64,000 bases of DNA from Eledone cirrhosa (taxonomy: Eukaryota): contig OZ024742.1 of NCBI GenBank assembly GCA_964016885.1, forward strand, positions 9,548,001-9,612,000, given 5' to 3'. Both the position numbers and the translations under genes were made by a program. The notes under the pieces were generated by a model. The model did no database searches. It saw nothing but the letters and a program-made list of their open reading frames with translations, and was not told where the DNA came from. Shown here piece by piece: positions 24,872-39,245 of this stretch. Each line of letters opens with the position of its first letter. The stretch's first letter is position 1.

Positions 24872-27552
24872 ATACGAAGGTTGCATTGTCAGAGCTAAGG
24901 CGCGTGCGCTGAGAAACGAGGGAACTAAAGCTGTTCGATGGGCCCGCGTGGCGGAGGCGCAGCGTGGTAATAAAACCACAATTCGGTCTTTGGCGGACCG
25001 AGACGGACACGAGATAAGCGATTCCAAGCGGATGTGTGAGGCCTTTCGCCAGCACTTTGCTCGGTTGTTCGGGGAGAGTGGCGAGTCAGAGAGAGTAGCG
25101 GATTTCAGTCCCTACCTTGACGGCTTGCCGCGCATCTCGACGGTCGACGCTGAGCGCTGCGAAAGGCCGATTACTTCAGCCGAAATTCAGGACGCCCTTG
25201 TCGGCTGCATGAGGCGGAAGTCACCCGGTTTGGATGGCCTGCCCTACGAGCTTTACGTAAATATGCCAGACTTGTTCTCCGAACTCCTCGAAGCACTCTA
25301 CTGTAACTGGCAGCAGAATGGGAGTATTCCCAGTTCTGTGAGCAGGGGAGTGGTGACGCTGATAAGGAAAGACGAGAACAAGAGGGATACATTAGACAAC
25401 TTCAGGCCCATAACTCTGCTCAACACAGAGTTTAAGATTTTGGCCAAGGTGTTAGCAAAGAGATTGGCGCTTGTCGTCGAGGATTTGGTTGGGGAGGCGC
25501 AAACTTGCGCAATCCCAGCCAGGTCCATACACGACAATCTCCACCTCATGCGATACATCATAGAGAGGGTAGGGTGTAAACCTGGCTTCGGTGGGGCACT
25601 GATCAATTTAGATCAATCGAAAGCATTCGATAGGGTCGACCATCGGTATCTGGAGTTTGTCCTCAAAGCAGCTGGCTTCGGCCCTGTCTTTAGAAGCTGG
25701 ATCGTTGCAATGCACAGCGGCACACGCTCGGTGGTCAAGGTTAATGGCCACCTCTCGGAACCATTTCGGCTCTCCCGATCGGTCCGTCAAGGGTGCCCTC
25801 TCTCTTCCCTTCTGTACGTATTGACTCTCGAGCCTTTACTGCGGAAGCTGGAGCTGTTGCAGGGCATCCCGCTCGAACCGGGACGTGGAAAGGCGGTGTC
25901 GGCTTATGCGGACGACATCACCGTGATGGTGTCGAACTCCTCAGAAATCGAGGTGGTCGGCACCTTATTGAAGGAATATGAAAGGTTGACAGGAGCCAAA
26001 CTTAACCCGGAAAAGTCGGTGGGCTTGCAGCTCGGAACCTGGAGAGGCTAGCCCATGCCGTCCAACAGCGTCGTGGGGCGCTGGACGGACGGACCAGTAA
26101 AGTTGCTCGGGGTTTGGTTCGGACCAGACCTCCAGGTGGAAAAGAATTGGGACGAGGTAACGAGCAGAGTAGCCAGTCTCACCCAAAAATGGGCTGGGAG
26201 GAAGCTATCACTGAAAGGTCGCGCGGAGGTGGCGAATGCGTACATCGCGTCCGTCATCTATTACCGCCTAACCGTCGTGCCTTGCCCCCGTCCGCGTCTC
26301 GTCAAGTTGGAACGGCTGCTCTTCAAATTCTTGTGGAGGGGACAAGTTCCGTTGGTGAGGCGGTCCATCTGCTGCCAGCACCCTCTACGCGGAGGGCTGG
26401 GCATGCCGTGGCTAATGATGCGCAGACATGCGTTGAGGCTGCGACATCTCCAGATATTCTGTCTCAATGGTGAACAGGTATGGTCGCCGTTTATCAGACG
26501 GGCCTTTCCGCAGCTCATTTCTTTGACTGAGCTGCAGTCCTGGGTCAAGAAGAGACCGAGACTGGGTGACTGGCACCTGGAATGTTGCCAGGCACTCACT
26601 GCCCTCTACCAAGCGGGCAATGCTCTCAGTGGAACTTCCACTCTCGAGTTCTATAGAGGATTAGTGGTGGGCAAGTGCGATGACGCACTCGGAGAAGCTT
26701 TGGGCCTCGACGAAGTCAAACTGACCAGTCTGTACCGGAGGACTTTTGAGCCGGGGACGATGGACAATTTCCAGAAATCCCTCGCTTGGCAGTGCTACCG
26801 GGGGGCACTGCCGGTTCGGGATAAACTCTACAGGCAAGGAAGTGCTGTCAGACGGACCTGCCCAAGATGCGCACAGAACGACGAAACCGTTCTGCACGCA
26901 CTTGTCCAATGTCCGTGCATTACTGACTTGTGGAGTTATGTCGAACAGCTACAGTCGCGTGTGGAACGAATCCGGTTATCGGCCGAGTCCATAGTGAAGA
27001 TCGAGCCGCCGCCTTCCTTAGGTCAGGAAGAGCAGGACATTTTCCTCTGTCTGGTGGCAGTTGCGAAAGAGATTATATAGTGGACCAGGTTGAAAGGACT
27101 AAAGACAGACACTTTTCCCTTCGGCCAATCCCTCATCAACTTCTTCAAGTTTCACCTGGAAAGGAGGGTGAGGGTGGAGAGAGAAGTGCTGCCCCCCAGT
27201 ACATTTGCTAAAAGGTGGGTGAATGTGGCGAGAATGGCTCGTGTGAATGGGCCTACTCTGACCATGCGCCTATAGGCTGGCTAACTTGAGGAGAGGGGTG
27301 CTCTCCTGGGTGCCCTAGAAGCGCAGGGTGGTTCAGGATTGGTGGGGTACCCGAATCATCCCAGGGTCGTCCACCCCCTATCGGGGAATTTATTTTGTTA
27401 TATTTTGCATAGTTTATTTTATATTTTTATATTTTCATTGTTAAATTAGTTTTGCCATTGTGCACTTTTACTCGACCTTATTGTGAACCCCCACTGTCCC
27501 TGTCTTTGTATTGTCCCCTACATGTCGGCCCTTGTGGCTAATAAATGAAATC
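24872..27552 (+). mobile_element. L1/Tx1-clade LINE, 5'-truncated ORF2 (RT + CCHC zinc knuckle) with 3' UTR
   Basis: Motifs KSPGLDGLPYE, NFRPITLLNTEFKILAK, LDQSKAFDRVDH, RQGCPLS, YADD and CPRC..ETVLHALVQC. One frame to 27275 with two in-frame TAG stops (26049, 27078). Ends AATAAATGAAATC followed by (ATT)n. Confidence 0.95.
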
Positions 27553-27610
27553 ATTATTATTATTATTACTATTATTATTACTTTTTTTTTTTTTTTTTTT
27601 TTCCAATTCA

Positions 27611-30600
27611 ATGATGTTCCAGAACAATGTAAACGAGATAATTGCCAATTTAGGTTCTGGAACAAAAAAGATCATTGGCAATAAGGGCAGGGGCCCCAAG
27701 TTATCACAACCTGGGCCCGCCCGTCATCGTGCCATTGTAATAGAGCCAAACAGGGCATTTAGTCTTGGCTGCTGGAACGTACGGACGCTGCTTGACAGGG
27801 ATTCTTTGGAGCGTCCTGAACGAAGGACCGCTCTTGTTGCAAAGGAGCTTCGACGTTACGATCTTGACATCGTGGCTTTATCTGAGACGAGGTTAGCTGG
27901 AGATGGTCATCTTACGGAATTTTGTGGAGAATATACATTCTTCTGGAAAGGAAGAGATGAAGGAACCAGAAGAGAGGCTGGGGTAGGATTTGCTGTTAAG
28001 ACTGTACTTGTGAATAAATTAGAAGAATTCCCAGTAGGGATTAGTGAGCGTCTTATGTCCATGAGAGTTCCGCTGGACAAGGAAAGATATGCTACCCTGG
28101 TGAGTGTGTATGCTCCAACTATGAATTCTGTCGATGAAGAAAAACTGTCCTTTTACCATGCCTTGAAAGGTGTTCTAAGAAATATCCCTCAGGCAGACAA
28201 AGTCATCGTGCTTGGTGACTTTAATGCTAGAGTGGGTGGGGATTTTAACACATGGAATGTAATCGGAAGGCATGGGGTGGGAAAGTGTAACAGCAATGGT
28301 ATGCTCTTGCTGCAGATGTGTGAGGAGCTGGATCTGTGTGTTACCAACACCATGTTCCAACAAAAGAACAAATTCAAGACCACATGGATGCATCCTGCAT
28401 CTAAGGAATGGCATCTTTTGGACTACGTCCTAGTCAGGATGCGTGACAGACAGGATGTGCAGTGTGTTCGTGTTCTTCGTGGAGCTGAGTGCTGGACGGA
28501 CCACCGCCTGGTACGCGCAAAAGTGAATCTAATCACCAAACGTAAAATCCGGGCTCCTGGTGTTACCCTGCCCAAACGATTGAATGCTGCTCGTCTTAAG
28601 GATAAAAATGTGAAGAGGACATTGGAAGAAGAGATGCAGGCTGCAGATCTTGGTGAGGATTGGCCGACCCTTAAAAAGTCGGTTTATGATGTAGGCAGAC
28701 GTGTTCTGGGATTGGTGCAGAGAAAACATCAGGACTGGTTTAATGAGAATGATGTACATATAGAAGACTTGTTGGCTGATAAGAGGCGTGCTCTGTCACG
28801 CTACTTGACGGCAAAACCACAGGAGAGGAATACGTTGCATGAGGAACTCAGGGATGTAAAATCACGTGTTAGGCGGAGTCTTTCTCAGATGAAGGATCAG
28901 TGGTGGAGTGAGAAGGCTGGTGAATTACAAACTGCGTCTGATTGCAATAACACAATAACACAAAGCTGTTGTACAGTCTCTTGCGTGAGGTTTATGGACC
29001 GTCTTCTCCTCTGGTGATACCGATTCGCAGCAAGGATGGCAAAGAACTTCTTCGTGACTCACAGGGAATTCTACGAAGGTGGCGAGAGCACTTTGATGAT
29101 CTTTTGAATCAGCCGTCTGTCGTCAGTGAAGATTTCCTCAATCTCATTCCGGAAAGTCCTGTGAAAGTAGCTCTCGCAGAACCTCCGACGCTTGTGGAGG
29201 TTGCAGTGGCTATTTCGAAGCTGAACAGTGGAAGATCTCCAGGTATGGATGGCATACATGCTGAGCTCCTACAATATGGTGGTGAGAGACTCCTGCAACA
29301 TCTCCACTCTTTGTTTGGAAGGATATGGGCTAATGAATCCGTGCCTGAGGACTGGAGAGATGCAGTAATGGTGGTCTTGTACAAGGGAAAGGGTAACAGG
29401 AATGATTGTGGGAACTACAGAGGTATATCATTGCTTTCTGTCGTAGGGAAAGTTTTATGTAGGGTGCTTCTGGACCGTCTGCTGACACACATTGCAGATT
29501 GTGTCCTTCCTGAAAGTCAATCTGGTTTTCGTGCTGGACGCGGCACTACTGATATGATCTTCTCAGCTAGACAGCTCCAGGAGAAGTGCATTGAAAAAGG
29601 CTTGGATCTGTATCAGGTTTGTGTCGATCTGACAAAGGCTTTCGATACTGTCAACAGAGATGCATTATGGAAGGTTCTCCAGAAACTTGGTTGCCCTGAT
29701 AAGTTCCTTGCTTTAGTTAGGTCTTTTCATGACGACATGAAGGCTTGGGTTAATGTCGGAGGTAACATGTCGGAGCCTATCTCAGTAAAAAATGGAGTGA
29801 AACAGGGGGATATTCCAGCACCGACCCTGTTTGCCATATACTTTGCAATGGTTTTCTGTATTGCATTCAGGAATTGCGAGCATGGTGTTTACATCCGATA
29901 TCGAACCTCAGGCAGCATATTTAACATCAGGCGCTTTGCTGCGAAGACAAAAGTATTTACATCAGTCATAAGAGACCTCTTGTATGCAGATGATTGCGAT
30001 CTTGTAGCGCACACAGAGAGTGATATGCAGCACATTTTGAATGCATTTTCTGACGCTTGCACTGCCCTGGGTTTGACTGTCAGTCTCAAGAAAACCGTCG
30101 TCATGTACCAAGCTGCCCCTAGTAAGCAGTTCACTGAACCAAACATCTATGTGTATGGCAAACGACTTGGAGTGGTTGATCAGTTTGTCTACCTGGGAAG
30201 TACTCTCAATCGATACGGCAACCTTGACAGTGAAATCTCACTTAGGATTAGGAAAGCAAGTGATGCTTTCGGAAAGCTAGAAAGGCGACTCTGGGGTCGG
30301 CGAGACATATGCAGGAGGACAAAGGTAAAGGTGTACAGGGCATGTGTACTCTCTTGTCTTCTTTATGCCTGCGAGACCTGGGTCACATATCGACGCCACC
30401 TTAAGCAATTGGAGCGTTTCCATCAGATGTGTCTCAGACGGATCCATGGCGTTCACTGGAGTGACCACATCAGTGATGTCGAGATTTTGGAAAGCTCTAT
30501 GTGTGACAGTATAGAAGCTCTTGTGCTTAAGCAACGACTCCGTTGGAGTGGTCACCTTGCCAGGATGAAGGATTCTAGAATACCAAAACAACTCTTCTAT

Positions 30601-31164
30601 GGAGAGTTGGTTAAAGGAAAACGACCACCACATAAACCAAAAAAGAGGTATAAGGATTCCTTGAAAGCCTCTCTGAAAGACGCTAACATCTCTGCTGATA
30701 CATGGGAAAATATTGCTGCTGATCGTAATAAATGGAGAAAGACTGTATATGAGGGAAAAGTTGCCTTTGAGGCATCTCGAATCGCACACGAGAAAGTAAA
30801 GCGGGACGTGAGGAAGGGCATTGCTGTTGCACTTCCAGACGGCGAGGGTCCTCCTATGGTGCTGACATGCAGCGTCTGTGCGAGACTCTGCCTAAGCAAA
30901 GCTGGACTCGAAAGTCATCTTCGCAGTCATAAAGTAAGACCAGTGGTTGACTACCAGGCTGCTGTTGGAGATGCTACTCATCATGCTTGCCAAACATGTG
31001 GTAGAGAATGTAAATCAGCAGGAGGGCTCAAGCGACATGCAAAAGTACACGAACTCCAACCACAGCCGACTATTCCCAGTGAATGTTTTAGTTGCCGACT
31101 CTGTGCAAGACATTTTAGATCATTGACTGGGCTAAAAAGCCACATTCGATCACAGCACTGTTAG
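27611..31164 (+). pseudogene. RTE polyprotein ORF disrupted by a single 8-bp duplication
   Basis: ORFs 27545..29017 and 28969..31164 join (..DCNNTKLLYSLLREVYG..) if one copy of AATAACAC (28946-28953/28954-28961) is removed. Start codon uncertain. Confidence 0.88.
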
Positions 31165-31170
31165 TTGCTA

Positions 31171-31214
<44 letters not shown>

Positions 31215-31377
31215 GCGTGTGTGTGTATATATATATGAATATGTATATTATTATTGTTGTTGTCGTTATTATTATTATTGCTATTATTATTATTATTATT
31301 ATTATTATTGTTATTAATGTATGTGTGTGTATATGTGTGAGTGTATGTGTATGTATGTGTGTATGTATATATGTATG

Positions 31378-31418
<41 letters not shown>

Positions 31419-31571
31419 CTTTTTTCTTTTCTTTTTCTTTTTTTTTTTTAAATTTATTTGTTATTATTATTATTATTATTTTTTTTTATTTTATTTTATT
31501 TGATTTTTTTTTATTGATTTTTTTTTATTCTCGTGCAATGGCCATACTCGATAACGAGGAGGCAGCCATCA
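27611..31571 (+). mobile_element. RTE (BovB-like) LINE, near full length: APE endonuclease + RT + three C2H2 fingers
   Basis: APE motifs WNVRTL, LSETR, VYAPT, GDFNA, LDY and DH. RT motifs SPGMDG, NYRGISLL, DLTKAFDTV, GVKQG and YADD, plus LRWSGHL. RTE-type 3' terminus GGCCATACTCGATAACGAGGAGGCAGCCATC at 31540-31570, after a microsatellite-expanded 3' UTR. Confidence 0.95.
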
Positions 31572-31950
<379 letters not shown>

Positions 31951-31994
31951 GACGTAAAATAAGAAAATTTTAAAAATTAACTTACTAAATTTTC

Positions 31995-32076
31995 ACTCCA
32001 ACTAATTAGTTTCTGTAATGGGATAAAGATAGTTACGCAATGTAACCATCGAGAATTCATTACGTCATCTGGGAGT
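31995..32076 (-). ncRNA. Hammerhead copy with mutated core (CAGAUGA)
   Basis: Reverse complement: ACTCC | CAGATGA | CGTAATG...CATTACA | GAAA | CTAATTAG | TT | GGAGT. Confidence 0.6.
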
Positions 32077-32562
32077 CTATTCTCAGCCAAGTCTACAGGC
32101 AATGCGCGGACACTAGGGACTCATATAAAAATAATAATTCGGTGGATGGAACAGCTAGCGGGGACTAAATTCCATAGCACTGAAAAAGTTCACTGTCTCT
32201 GGGCAAATGGCAGATTCTAAAGAATCAATCACGTGACACTGAGGCTAGTAAGAAGGAGTGGGATGGTATAATGAGAAAAGCCTACTACCACTACAATGAA
32301 TTAGTAGTGGATTTAGCAAGTTTGCTCAACAAATAAATAATTTGGAGATAAATATATAGAATTAGTATATTTACCAACATATGCGTACAGATGTACACTA
32401 ATGCTAGCAAATAAATAAGTTATGTCATAGTACCTAGGTGGTTCAATGCAGGAGGATGCAGAACAATTATAAGAAAGACGTAAAATAAGAAAATTTTAAA
32501 AAGTAAGAATTAACTTACTTACTAAATTTTCACTCCAACTAATTAGTTTCTGTAAATTTTAG

Positions 32563-32644
32563 ACTCCCTGATGACGTCATGAATTCCCGATGGTTACATT
32601 GCGTAACTATCTTTATCCCATTACAGAAACTAATTAGTTGGAGT
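32563..32644 (+). ncRNA. Type I hammerhead ribozyme
   Basis: ACTCC | CTGATGA | CGTCATG...GATGGTTAC-ATTGC-GTAACTATC...CATTACA | GAAA | CTAATTAG (palindrome) | TT | GGAGT. Confidence 0.85.
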
Positions 32645-32927
32645 GAAAATTTAGTAAGTTAATTTTTAATTTTTAAAATTTTCTTATTTTACGTCTTTCA
32701 TATAATTGTTCTGCATCCTCCTGCATTGAACCACCTAGGTACTATGACATAACTTATGTATTTGCTAGCATTAGTGTACATCTGTACGCATATGTTGGTA
32801 AATATACTAATTCTCTCTCTCTATATATATATGTATATATGTATATATATATATATAAATATATATATATGTATATATGTATATATATAGATATGTATAT
32901 ATGTATATGTATATATATAGATATGTA

Positions 32928-32966
<39 letters not shown>

Positions 32967-33077
32967 CTCCAGTTCCCCAGTGAATTAACAACCCAGCAAG
33001 GAACTGGGCATATCAGAGTATTGACAATATCATACACCTAAACAACATATGTACTTGTCTATACCATACTAATTCAA

Positions 33078-33132
33078 ACTGCCTGAAGAGGTCACAGCCA
33101 AAGATGGCTGTCACTGAAATATATATAGCAGT
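33078..33132 (+). ncRNA. Type I minimal hammerhead ribozyme
   Basis: ACTGC | CTGAAGA | GGTCACAGCCA-AAGA-TGGCTGTCACT | GAAA | TATATA | TA | GCAGT. Confidence 0.88.
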
Positions 33133-33181
33133 AATAAACGAAGCTAAATTTTAATCATTTGACTTTTATTTAACTTTATTT

Positions 33182-33495
<314 letters not shown>

Positions 33496-33582
33496 AAGAT
33501 CTCTACTTATCCGACGATTGCTAACTGCACAATGAAGTTTATTATATTAAAATACGCTTTGACTCATAGAGTTACGGCCCTT

Positions 33583-33705
33583 GAGATTCTGAGTTCAAAT
33601 CCCGCCAAGGTTAACATTGCCTATCATCCTTACGGGGTCGATAATATAAAGTACCAGTAATGTACTGGGTAATTGCTGGCCTTGTGCAAAAAGTTGAAAC
33701 AATTA
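33583..33705 (+). mobile_element. tRNA-derived SINE (octopod type), partial
   Basis: B-box-like GAGTTCAAATCC followed by CATCCTTACGGGGTCGATAA..AAGTACCAGTAATGTACTGGG..GCTGGCCTTGTG; related copies at 41205 and 43855. Confidence 0.8.
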
Positions 33706-34145
33706 TATTAAAATATCTTTCTCATGCTATTTCTATTATCTACTAAACACAATCTGCTGACATCTCCGATAAGATCCAGATATTTCATCATTCTACCACA
33801 TGGGCCTTTAGCTATCAATTTGTTACTAAGTCGATTTCTTTATTACATGGATACTTGTCCCAAAGGTATAACGGCTGCAAATGTTGATTTCTTATCATCA
33901 GTGTAAAATACAAGGAATGGAAAGTTTCAGTTTGATTATGGATCTCTCTTTCTCTCACTCTCCCTCTCTCTCTCTGTCTATCTCTCTCTGTCTCCCTCTC
34001 TCTCTCACTTTCTCCATACTCAGACACATACACACACACACACAGATATATATATATATATATATACACCTACACACATATGTCTATGAATATATAAATA
34101 CATATATGTACGTACACACAGGCACACACACACACACACACACAG

Positions 34146-34270
<125 letters not shown>

Positions 34271-34289
34271 TACACACACATATACTCAC

Positions 34290-34324
<35 letters not shown>

Positions 34325-34378
34325 AATGGAATAGAATGAAACGAAATTTCATTTCTCACTCTTAGTACGGCACTTACT

Positions 34379-34820
34379 TAAATGTAAGTATGTATGTATA
34401 CGTACATACATATATGTATACAGACGTACAGTAGCATGTATATATATATATACAGGCACACATACATATATGCACGTATCAGTTTACCGAACATTTATTA
34501 TAATGTTCGCTTTGTTCGTTTGTAAACAAACAAACAGCCTGATTTACGCCGTACAGTGTTCAGGCAACCACGTCACCTTTTAGTTCAACACTGACACAGG
34601 AACGATGTACTAGTTTCAAGCTTGTTAGCTATCGTCAGCACCGTATACCTTTCTGCCAGATGGTTGAACGTTCGAAAGTATATACTTTCCTTATGAAAAT
34701 TAACGGCTGAGCAGCCTAATTTGCATATCGAGTGAGTTCAGTCGGCCAGGCGCACCGAAAACGATAAATGGACGTCTGTATACATATATGTATGTACGTA
34801 TACATACATACTTATATTTA
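34379..34820. repeat. 440-bp element with 49-bp terminal inverted repeats (MITE-like)
   Basis: 34379-34427 is the reverse complement of 34772-34820 with 1 mismatch; the TIR is partly low complexity. Confidence 0.6.
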
Positions 34821-34855
34821 TATATATATATATATATATATAGAAGAGTTCCATG

Positions 34856-34927
34856 TATTTTATTATGCGCATTTCAAAAAACAAATATCATCATGCAATA
34901 ACGTTTGTGTTTTCATCAGATAAAATA
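34856..34927 (-). ncRNA. Type I hammerhead ribozyme
   Basis: Reverse complement: TATTTTAT | CTGATGA | AAACACAAA...TTTGTTTTTT | GAAA | TGCGCA (palindrome) | TA | ATAAAATA; 8-bp stem I. Confidence 0.85.
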
Positions 34928-34980
34928 GGAAGACATGATATGAAGGTCAAAAAACACTTGTGAATAGTGCAGTTTTAAAT

Positions 34981-35050
<70 letters not shown>

Positions 35051-35061
35051 AGAAGCAATTA

Positions 35062-35121
35062 TTCCATTTATCAGTGGTTTCTTAAAAGCAAAACATTTTG
35101 CTTTCAATCATCAGAATGAAA
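35062..35121 (-). ncRNA. Type I hammerhead in a solo pLTR copy (35055-35240 matches the reverse complement of 39235-39425)
   Basis: Reverse complement: TTTCATT | CTGATGA | TTGAAAGCAAAA-TG-TTTTGCTTTTAA | GAAA | CCACTGA | TA | AATGGAA; one stem III mismatch. Confidence 0.75.
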
Positions 35122-35224
35122 AAATCCTGGTCTATTTATTGAATATGGATTTTAAAAAACAAAAATGCAATCTATATGAAACAGAGGCTGGAGAATGAAG
35201 AAGGAAAGGAAAAATATAATGAAA

Positions 35225-35961
35225 ACACACATGCAAACACACACACACACACACACACAAATGCATACATACACACATCTACATATATATATATATATAT
35301 ACATACACTCATACATACACACATATATACACATATATATGTGTATATATATACACACATACACATACATACATACACACATAAATATCAACACATCCAT
35401 ACATACACATACATATATACACCACACACACATACATACACACATATATATATATAAATATAAATATATATATATGCATACACATACACATACATAGCCA
35501 TACCCACATACATATACATACATACATACATACATACATACATACATACATACATACATACATACATACATACATACATACACACAATCATACCTATATA
35601 CACACGTAAATAATACACATACATAAATGCATACATATGCATGTACAAAATTAGAAAAATATACACACACCTCTACATAATCAAACACGCAAATAAATAT
35701 AAGAAAAAATATATATAAAATAAAATAATAAAAACTATTATACAGTTGACAGCGATACAGGCAACGAATAAATGAACAAACACGCGTGGTAAGCAATACA
35801 CACAAATGCACGTTCACAGACATACGTAAAAATAAATACATACACACACTCTCACACATAAATATACATATACAAATACATAAACACATACATACGCATA
35901 CACAAATACATACACAAACACACACACACACATATACATATATACACACAAATACATGCAC

Positions 35962-35992
<31 letters not shown>

Positions 35993-36099
35993 GAAAAGAT
36001 GAATATAAAATGAAAGTGCTTTTTTTGAAAAGGAATTTATTAGGTATTGACATATGTTTCTGTAACGATATATTATCACTACATTATTGATAACCTGAA

Positions 36100-36167
<68 letters not shown>

Positions 36168-36269
36168 CACATACACATATACATATATATATATATATAT
36201 ACATACATAGCTATACAATTATACACATACAAATACGTACATATCACAAACACGCACAACCAAATACAA

Positions 36270-36365
<96 letters not shown>
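35225..36365. repeat. Compound (CA)n/(TA)n/(CATA)n microsatellite field with a PLE 3'-end fragment at 35994-36095
   Basis: Direct reading. 35994-36054 matches 14370-14432 and carries a decayed minus-strand hammerhead (stem II, GAAA-CATATG-TC, core lost). Confidence 0.85.
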
Positions 36366-36461
36366 AAAACTCAATCTTAGATAATTCATATGAACCTTAT
36401 ATAACTCCAAAATATACATATACATATATATAGTAATGTAATAAACAACATAAGGCAATTA

Positions 36462-36521
36462 TTCCATTCACCAGTGGTTTCTTAAAAGCAAAAAAATGTT
36501 CCTTCTATCATCAGAATGAAA
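36462..36521 (-). ncRNA. Hammerhead in the inverted pLTR; cleavage triplet mutated to GUG
   Basis: Reverse complement: TTTCATT | CTGATGA | TAGAAGG...CTTTTAA | GAAA | CCACTGG | TG | AATGGAA. Confidence 0.6.
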
Positions 36522-36849
36522 AAACCTGGTCTATCTATATATATATATACACACATATATATATATATATATACACATACACATACATACACATACATTT
36601 TGGTATGTGAAGGGTAAGGCAAAAAAAATATATGGGGGGGGGGGGGGGAAAGGAGGGGTGACAAATGACATAGGAAAAGGTGAAATATAAGGGTAGATAA
36701 GGGAGAAAAAGAATACAAGAGTACAGAACGTGGATTCAGCAAGTAAAAAAACCGTAGTAGAAGTGAAGAGCAGAGAAGGAGTTCAAGGCGGTTGAGTTAT
36801 CATAGGAATGTCAATCCAGTTACAGATCAGATGTGGTTTCAGATGAGGA

Positions 36850-38780
36850 CATGGCCAACTTCAAATTAGACCTTGTTACTCTAATTAGTGATATCAAATT
36901 TCGTAAGTACAATAATAACTTTCCAACTAAACTGTCTAACGATATTTCTAATTTTAGAAATTCTACAAATACCTTTGTTCTTTCTGATAAAACTAAAAAT
37001 CTCTTTGAAGTTAATAGTATTTTGTATAACCAACTTTTAACTAATAGTAACACCAACACATATCAATTAACTAATAATAATACCTACAATACTATCAATA
37101 AAGAAGCTAAAGAACTAGCTAGTTCTTTAAAAATAGACAACTGGTTTGAAAGCCTAGCTAAGCGTAAAGAATATATTACCCTTAAAGACCATAAATTGGA
37201 CTTTACTAATCGACCTAGTTGTAGACTGATTAACCCGGCTAAATCCGAAGTTGGCCTTGCAAGTAAAAAAATCTTAATAACAATAATTCTCCAAATTAGA
37301 ACTAACACTGACCTATCACAGTGGCTAAATACTTCCTCTGTTATTTCTTGGTTTAATAATATACAAGGTTAAAATAAGTGTAGATTTAACCAATTTGATA
37401 TTGTTGATTTTTACCCCTCTATTACTGTTTCCTTATTAACTAATGCCTTAGATTTTGCAAGACCCTTCAATAATATTTCTGAATTAGAAGAAGACATTAT
37501 CTTTCATGCTAGAAAAACTTTACTCTTTACTAATGAAAATATTTGGGTTAAAAAGTCAAACCCTGAAAACTCTTTTAATGTTGCCATGGGTTCATATGAC
37601 AGTGCGGATGTGTGTGACTTAGTACAATTATTCCTTCTCCACACCCCCAAAGAGAAAGTTCCCTCCCATAATATCGGTTTATACCGTGACGACGGATTGG
37701 CAGTTTCTCATACCACCAACGGCCATAACCTTGATAAATTCCGTAAAGATTTAATCAATACTTTTGCTAATCTTAACCTTAAAATTACTATAGATACGAA
37801 CCTTACCAATGCTAACTTTCTTGATATTAATCTTGATCTACTTACCGCCTCTTTTAAACCCTATCATAAGCCTAATGAAAATCTTAGGTATATACACAAA
37901 GAATCTTGCCATCCCCCTATAGCTTTTAATAATCTTATTCCCAAAATTAGCCGTAGGATTTCTACCTTATCTTCGTCTAGAGACAGTTTTAATAAATCCG
38001 CCCCTTATTATAATAAAGCCCTTAAGAACAGCGGTTTTACAGAAAAACATTTTTATTTACCTACCCCCCCCCCTCTAAAACTAACCACAATAACAGGAAA
38101 AGGAAAATTATTTGGTTCACACCCCCTTCTCTCTAACTGTCAAAACTAATGTAGGAAGGAAATTCCTTGAACTCTTAGACAAACATTTTCCTCCTAATCA
38201 TGGATATTATAAGATATTTAATAGGAACGTAGTTAAGATCAGTTACTCTTGTTGCCCATCTATGAAGTCCAAGATGACTAGTTCAAATCATACAAGAACA
38301 AATCCAGGATGCAGTTGTAGGAAGCCGGATGAATGCCCATTGCAGGGTAAATATAACACCAAATCTGTTGTTTATGAGGCTAAAATAACACCGTTAATCA
38401 ACAACCAGCCAGCCAGGAGTGAGCGATATGTCGGCATGACCCAGGACAGGTTTAAAACCAGGTTTTACTCACATGTCGCTTCTTTTAAGGACTCCGATAA
38501 ACGAACAACAACGGCCCTCGCAAGTAAGGTGTGGGAATTCAAGGATAATAACATCCCGCACTCTATCGATTGGTCTATCTTAGACCAGTCGAGGGAGTAC
38601 CACAGGGGCACAAAGAATAGTTCTTTGTGTACCACAGAAAAATATAGGATTTTGCAAAACTTGAGAGCCACTTCTGCTTGCCTAAACACAAAGACCGAGA
38701 TGTTCAGATGTTGTCCTCATCTGAAACCACATCTGATCTGTAACTGGATTGACATTCCTATGATAACTCAACCGCCTTGA
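36850..38780 (+). pseudogene. PLE RT-GIY-YIG ORF with a stop (37370) and a frameshift (C run at about 38065)
   Basis: ORFs 36833..37372, 37586..38149 and 38112..38780 are colinear with the PLE ORF at 14943-17030. Confidence 0.88.
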
Positions 38781-38978
38781 ACTCCTTCTCTGCTCTTTAC
38801 TTCTACTACGGTTTTTTACCTGCTGAATCCACGTTCTGTACTCTTGTATTCTTTTTCTCCCTTATCTCCCCTTATATTTCACCTTTTCCTATGTCATTTC
38901 CCCCCCATCCTTCCCCCCCCCCCATATATTTTTGTTTGCCTTACCCTTCACATACTAAAATGTATGTGTATGTATGTG

Positions 38979-39179
<201 letters not shown>

Positions 39180-39188
39180 ATGTATGTA

Positions 39189-39245
<57 letters not shown>

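Noticed and set aside
26049-27080. Two in-frame TAG codons in the Tx1 ORF as programmed recoding
   Set aside because: Simple point mutations in a truncated copy (for example TGG or AAG to TAG) are more parsimonious.
27545-27610. Signal-peptide-like N-terminus [18 protein letters not shown] of the 490-aa ORF
   Set aside because: Read-through from the Tx1 terminus, (ATT)n and T-run into the RTE frame; not a real leader.
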